Part shown: positions 25,073 through 28,849 of the stretch, piece after piece
Layout: each line of letters opens with the position of its first letter
Numbering within the stretch: position 1 is the first letter of the stretch
IMG/VR virus record: IMGVR_UViG_3300011334_000248
Span: 1-28,849 of that record
Length of the DNA stretch: 28,849 nucleotides
Direction: 5' to 3' (one strand)
Source of the DNA: a virus
Lineage: Duplodnaviria; Caudoviricetes
Notes under the pieces: generated by a model
Database searches by the model: none
Told to the model about the DNA's origin: nothing
Seen by the model: only the letters and a program-made list of their open reading frames with translations
Made by a program: the position numbers and the translations under genes

Positions 25073-25989
25073 TAGTCTACCTGTACTGTTTCAGTCCGAG
25101 CGACTGGATCCCAGCGTCGGCGCTGGAACTGCTGCTCTAGCAGCGGAGTGGGATCGCGCATCTGGCAGACGGACTTGAAGGGGCAACCTCCGTACTCCGC
25201 GCAAGCGTGGTCTAGGTTCCAGTCCCAGTACCCGGACTCCCATGCCTGGATCATTCGCTTGGCGTCTCGGATGAGCTGCTCGTACCAGCGGTCGATAAGC
25301 CACTGGGGGCGGTAGGTGATGGCTTGGAGAGTGTCGTACTTGGTTTTAAGTATTGATACTCCTCGCACAAGGAATCCATCAAGCTTGATGCCAGCTCTGG
25401 CGGCACCCCAGACATAACCAGTGAACTGGCTGCGTAGATCCCATTGACGAGGCCAGCTTGCTCCAAGCTGCGATGTAGTTTTATCATCTTCTCCAAGGTG
25501 CATCCCTTCGTATTCACACATCATATCCATGCGGCCTGAGTACAGCAGTGGATCGCCGGTTACTGGGTGAGCCAGATCGAGTGGCTCGAGAAAGGAGAAC
25601 TCGATGCCGCGCTTGCCGCCAGGCAGGGTCATCGGGATCGCTTTGTCCTCCCCGAGACGGTACTGGGAGAAGTAGTACTCCAGCGCCCCGGCAGTACGCT
25701 CGGCAGACTTCGCCGATTCGGGAGGACACTCGAAGTCTCCGTAGGCCGTCAGCAACGCCTTGAGACCTAGGGCAAGGGAGTCTTCCGGCGACTTCCCGTC
25801 GATGTAGTAAGCTACTCGAGCCTTCTCAATCCCGGTTGCGTAGGCAGCTCCGGCGTGGAGGTGGACTGACTGGTCACGGAGTTTCCAGTGCTGCATGAAC
25901 TCGAGGTAGGCTTTCTGAGGGCAAGACTTAAACGCCGCCATAGTGGTGGAGTCGAGGACTGCCGGAAAGGGTGGACGCTGGCGGGTCAT
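25072..25989 (-). CDS. PD-(D/E)XK exonuclease, Cas4/AddB-like with Fe-S cysteines
   Basis: FKSCPQK, GRMD...EDDKTT, SQFTGY and C....GCPFKSVC; ATG at 25989 after GGAG. Confidence 0.85.
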   Translation of the reverse strand: MTRQRPPFPAVLDSTTMAAFKSCPQKAYLEFMQHWKLRDQSVHLHAGAAYATGIEKARVAYYIDGKSPEDSLALGLKALLTAYGDFECPPESAKSAERTAGALEYYFSQYRLGEDKAIPMTLPGGKRGIEFSFLEPLDLAHPVTGDPLLYSGRMDMMCEYEGMHLGEDDKTTSQLGASWPRQWDLRSQFTGYVWGAARAGIKLDGFLVRGVSILKTKYDTLQAITYRPQWLIDRWYEQLIRDAKRMIQAWESGYWDWNLDHACAEYGGCPFKSVCQMRDPTPLLEQQFQRRRWDPVARTETVQVD

Positions 25990-26276
25990 ACCGTGTTCTC
26001 CAGGCACAGAAGTTTCTGCAGTTCCTGCTCAATTTCCGCAACAGTTGCTTCGGCTTCGAGACGCGCTTTTGCCTGGGCTGCTCGCATCAATTCCACACGC
26101 TGAGGAACCCAGTTATCCGGCACGTCAAACTCCACGATGTGCAAATGCTCTTTAACTACAACAAAGCACGGATCATGGGGCTTGTGCGTCATAAAAATAT
26201 AGTTATGCGGAACAGCTGGACTATCGTATTTACTAAAGTAGGCTACGATATAGCCCTTGATTTCAACTTGCATCAT
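25986..26276 (-). CDS. hypothetical protein
   Basis: AGGAG RBS; C-terminal coiled coil (IEQELQKLLCLE); ATGA coupling. Confidence 0.65.
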   Translation of the reverse strand: MMQVEIKGYIVAYFSKYDSPAVPHNYIFMTHKPHDPCFVVVKEHLHIVEFDVPDNWVPQRVELMRAAQAKARLEAEATVAEIEQELQKLLCLENTV

Positions 26277-26332
26277 CTTCTCCTAGACTCGAGGGTGAAA
26301 CTGCACCCACAACAGATTCTTTAATCCTTACG

Positions 26333-26827
26333 CTAGGCGTAGGAGACACCGATCCAGCTAGGCTGCTGTCTAGTGCCTCGATAATAAGTACGCGCCCACG
26401 ACGGGTCTTTCGATTGGTAGTACTGACGATATGCCAGCACTGTATCAGGATGCTTATACTCATCAGGCATACACTGTGGCGGGTTTATCCAGCTGAGATT
26501 ACCAGCAATCGCCAACGGCGGCTTTGCGAGCTCGCCAAGTAAGTATTGGTTACACTTATGCTTTTTACCATACCGCTGGGTGTATTCCCTGCACAGTTCA
26601 ATCGCCAGCGTCAAGACATAATTGTATTGATAAGCACTGCCACGAGTCCAGATAGCCGAAGGGTGATTTTTATGCGTAGACTTGTAAGTCACACACTGGC
26701 CATTACCATGCTCATGATGAGCTGTTGCAAGCAATTGGCAGGATTCAACTATCATTTTTATAACGTGCTTGTCGCAGTGCAGTTGCGCTGCAATTTTAGG
26801 CAGACAGTCTAAGTAAAAGATGTTCAC
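26333..26827 (-). CDS. pyrimidine-dimer DNA glycosylase / endonuclease V-like family protein
   Basis: MNIFYLD..P..AA..HCDKHV.KM..ES.QLL, YK.THKNHPS..W, E...RYGK.H, PQCMPD.Y and AYR.YY signatures. Confidence 0.75.
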   Translation of the reverse strand: MNIFYLDCLPKIAAQLHCDKHVIKMIVESCQLLATAHHEHGNGQCVTYKSTHKNHPSAIWTRGSAYQYNYVLTLAIELCREYTQRYGKKHKCNQYLLGELAKPPLAIAGNLSWINPPQCMPDEYKHPDTVLAYRQYYQSKDPSWARTYYRGTRQQPSWIGVSYA

Positions 26828-27048
26828 AGGTCGTCTAGCTCGTCGAGCATGGAGTCTTGGCTCGGCGGAGCAGACCGCTTGGTCGGTGTGCGCTTGGCTG
26901 CAGCGGCAGCGGAGGCAGCGCCGAGGCGACCTGCGCGGAGGAACACGATTCCCTCTCGCATCTCCTCGAGAGTAAGTGTCCCCTCGGTGGCACGAAGGCG
27001 CCAGGATGCGATCTTTGATTGAAGTTCCAGTGGGATAGGATTACTCAT
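26824..27048 (-). CDS. hypothetical protein
   Basis: 74 aa; overlap-coupled on both sides; acidic C-terminus. Confidence 0.65.
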   Translation of the reverse strand: MSNPIPLELQSKIASWRLRATEGTLTLEEMREGIVFLRAGRLGAASAAAAAKRTPTKRSAPPSQDSMLDELDDL

Positions 27049-27319
27049 GATTGCTCAGCAAGGTACGTAGTGCCTTGACTGCCTCGGGGGAGCCGGCGAC
27101 TGTGAACGCGCCCGGCTGGGTGTTGGTGAAAGGGGCGAGATCGAATTGCTCGGCGGTGAAGTAGCCGCGGAGCAGGTCGATCAGGAAGCGAGAGTACCCG
27201 CCGTGAGGCACGCGGCCTTCCAGCTCGGAGTACAAGTGCGCGGTGAGCTGGACGTAAAGAGGCAAGGGGAGTGCCACGTTAAGCTGCTGGGAAGGGATAA
27301 TCGACTTAGTCTTAGTCAT
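27041..27319 (-). CDS. putative ribbon-helix-helix-like DNA-binding protein
   Basis: QLNVALP..LY..L...........YSRFLIDLLR pattern; AGGAG RBS. Confidence 0.5.
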   Translation of the reverse strand: MTKTKSIIPSQQLNVALPLPLYVQLTAHLYSELEGRVPHGGYSRFLIDLLRGYFTAEQFDLAPFTNTQPGAFTVAGSPEAVKALRTLLSNHE

Positions 27320-27497
27320 CGTAGACTCCTAGCAGCAGTCCACCATCTTCATCCGCAGCGGCAAGTTCGAAGCTTGCTTGAGCACTGGTCAGGATAGACT
27401 GGATTACTGTATCTTCATCCTCTCCGTCGACTGTGACGGAAGTCCAGGGATCATCCCAGTCAAGGGAAGATCGAGCTCTAAGAAATATGCGAATCAT
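27312..27497 (-). CDS. small acidic hypothetical protein
   Basis: 61 aa, Asp/Glu-rich; tiles between neighbours. Confidence 0.55.
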   Translation of the reverse strand: MIRIFLRARSSLDWDDPWTSVTVDGEDEDTVIQSILTSAQASFELAAADEDGGLLLGVYDD

Positions 27498-28039
27498 AAT
27501 GGTTGACCTAGCTGGGTGAGAAGGGAGTTGATGGTTGCGCGGGAGAGATCCCGGATTACGTCTGTCCCGGCGGGGAGGATTACTAGCTCGCTGAGGGAGC
27601 TGCCGGGACGGGCAAGGAGCGTGTCGGCGGCGAGTTCTACACGAGTCAGGCAGCCCTCGCCGAAGACTGCGTAGACAGCTGCGGAAGGGGAGGATACGCC
27701 GAGTGTGCGGAACTCGAGGGGGAGTGTGGCGAGGCGAGACTCATGCCAGGCTCGCTTGGGTGTCGGCGGCTCATCGCTGCCAGTCCACCAGCTACCACTA
27801 AGGGTCTCGGTAGCTTCAACTGGCATGGGAGGGTCTTCACGGACAAGCCGGCGAGAACCGGGCTGCCCGCGGTGGAGATACTCGGTGAAGTTACCGAGGA
27901 GCACGCCGGTTTCTGCGTGGATGAGAGCAATACCGCGGGAGCGATACCAGACAGACGAGGTTACGGCTGCTGGAGTTGGCGTGGCGGAGCGAATCGCAGC
28001 GATAGCTTCGCTGAATAGATCGTCAAGGGAAGTTTCCAT
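27494..28039 (-). CDS. hypothetical protein (181 aa; start METSLDDLF)
   Basis: ATG at 28039 with GAGG upstream; the longer track start overlaps the 28119-28334 gene and the promoter. Confidence 0.65.
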   Translation of the reverse strand: METSLDDLFSEAIAAIRSATPTPAAVTSSVWYRSRGIALIHAETGVLLGNFTEYLHRGQPGSRRLVREDPPMPVEATETLSGSWWTGSDEPPTPKRAWHESRLATLPLEFRTLGVSSPSAAVYAVFGEGCLTRVELAADTLLARPGSSLSELVILPAGTDVIRDLSRATINSLLTQLGQPL

Positions 28040-28086
28040 GAGTGAGCCTCGGTTTGCGCGAATTATACAATCATAATCCGCATTGA

Positions 28087-28114
28087 TTAGACATGAACTG
28101 TTTGTGAAAGTTCC
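28087..28114 (-). promoter_or_regulatory. sigmaE/ECF-type promoter, GGAACTT-N16-TCTAA
   Basis: Minus strand GGAACTT (28114-28108), spacer TCACAAACAGTTCATG, TCTAA (28091-28087); intergenic, at the head of the replication/recombination operon. Confidence 0.8.
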
Positions 28115-28118
28115 ACAG

Positions 28119-28334
28119 TTATTTGATAGATTTATCCAGCTCCGGCATCGGGCCTTCCTGCCACACCCAGTCAACCCAGGAGTCGTAGAGTGCCTGGAAT
28201 TCCGGCTGCGCGGCGACAGCGTTGCGGAGCGCCATTGCTTGTAGCTCTCCACGATTATGCACAGTATGATCGTCGGAGCGACCGTAAGTCCAGTCATGCA
28301 GAGCGCAGAGCTGGTAGAATTCTTTGAGAGTCAT
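28119..28334 (-). CDS. hypothetical phage protein (HDW..SDD motif)
   Basis: L...HDWTY..SDDH.V..RG motif recurrent in small early phage proteins. Confidence 0.7.
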   Translation of the reverse strand: MTLKEFYQLCALHDWTYGRSDDHTVHNRGELQAMALRNAVAAQPEFQALYDSWVDWVWQEGPMPELDKSIK

Positions 28335-28359
28335 AGGTTGAGCCTTGAACAGAGCCTTG

Positions 28360-28400
28360 AAAAAACACCGGGGAGGCGAGCTTTATAGTCCCGCCTCCCG
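28360..28400 (-). terminator. Rho-independent terminator
   Basis: GGGAGGCG / CGCCTCCC stem (28392-28399 with 28371-28378) followed on the minus strand by GTGTTTTTT. Confidence 0.65.
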
Positions 28401-28513
28401 ATGCCCCCAGCAAGCGAGGCTCAATTCATCTTGCCGAGTCGGAGGGTGTGACCACCGCTCCTAGTGCCTATGGGCCACTGAAGGCCCACAAGGGTTTGCT
28501 AGACCAGCTTAGA

Positions 28514-28849
28514 TTAGACCATTGCCAGCTCAGCGTCTGCGTCAACCTTTGCAACCTTGGCGAGCTTGGCATCCTCCATGCGCTTGATGATGACGCCAGT
28601 CTTGGTGCCAGCCACGCGGAAGGAGTCGTACAAGGCACGGCGAGTGAGTGCGGGGTCTCCATCCAGTTTCTTCTGCAGGTAGGCCTTGACTGTCGCAACG
28701 TCTTTGCCTGTGGCCTCGCAGATAGCCATGACGACTATGCTGGCGCCGGAGACACCACCGCCGGAGGCAGCGCGACCAGCACCCCACTTGCCGGACTGAA
28801 TCAGGGAGTTCAGGTCATCTATCGCCAGCACCATGTCGTCTTCGCTCAA
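28514..28849 (-). CDS. hypothetical protein, 5'-truncated by the window edge
   Basis: Open frame from the window end to TAA at 28514-28516; codon usage like the other minus-arm genes. Confidence 0.65.
   Translation of the reverse strand: MSEDDMVLAIDDLNSLIQSGKWGAGRAASGGGVSGASIVVMAICEATGKDVATVKAYLQKKLDGDPALTRRALYDSFRVAGTKTGVIIKRMEDAKLAKVAKVDADAELAMV

Noticed and set aside
25072-25989. Cas4-like nuclease as a sign of a CRISPR system
   Set aside because: No repeat-spacer array or other cas genes seen; its context with an ATPase and SSB-like gene indicates phage recombination.
26263-26463. 66-aa minus-strand ORF
   Set aside because: Mostly overlaps the DenV-like gene in another frame; no recognisable features.
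28040-28297. N-terminal extension of the 267-aa track ORF
   Set aside because: Overlaps the 28119-28334 gene and the ECF promoter; a better start with RBS is at 28039.
1-28849. tRNA, rRNA, integrase or transposase
   Set aside because: None recognised by eye; lifestyle cannot be determined from this window.

Overview
Part of a tailed dsDNA phage genome (podovirus-like, probably infecting a Gram-negative proteobacterium), with two convergent arms. The + arm (1-17185) carries P22-like tail-machine genes, three candidate ejection proteins, a 2002-aa virion protein, tail fibre/spike modules and a lysis cassette (holins plus M15 peptidase). The - arm (17169-28849) carries replication, recombination and repair genes: DUF3987-like helicase, UDG-domain/family A polymerase fusion, ParB-methyltransferase fusion, SSB-like protein, Sak4-like ATPase, Cas4-like nuclease and a DenV-like glycosylase. 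The main observation is that the 2002-aa protein contains a complete RpoE-like ECF sigma factor (regions 2 and 4) and a PcfJ-like domain, each bracketed by a repeated [Q/R]G-led hydrophobic hairpin. The window also has two intergenic sites, GGAACT[A/T]-N15-GTCTAA, matching the sigmaE promoter consensus and heading the replication operon and the tail-fibre/lysis operon. This suggests a virion-delivered sigma factor with cognate promoters. All family calls come from motif recognition by eye; no searches were run.
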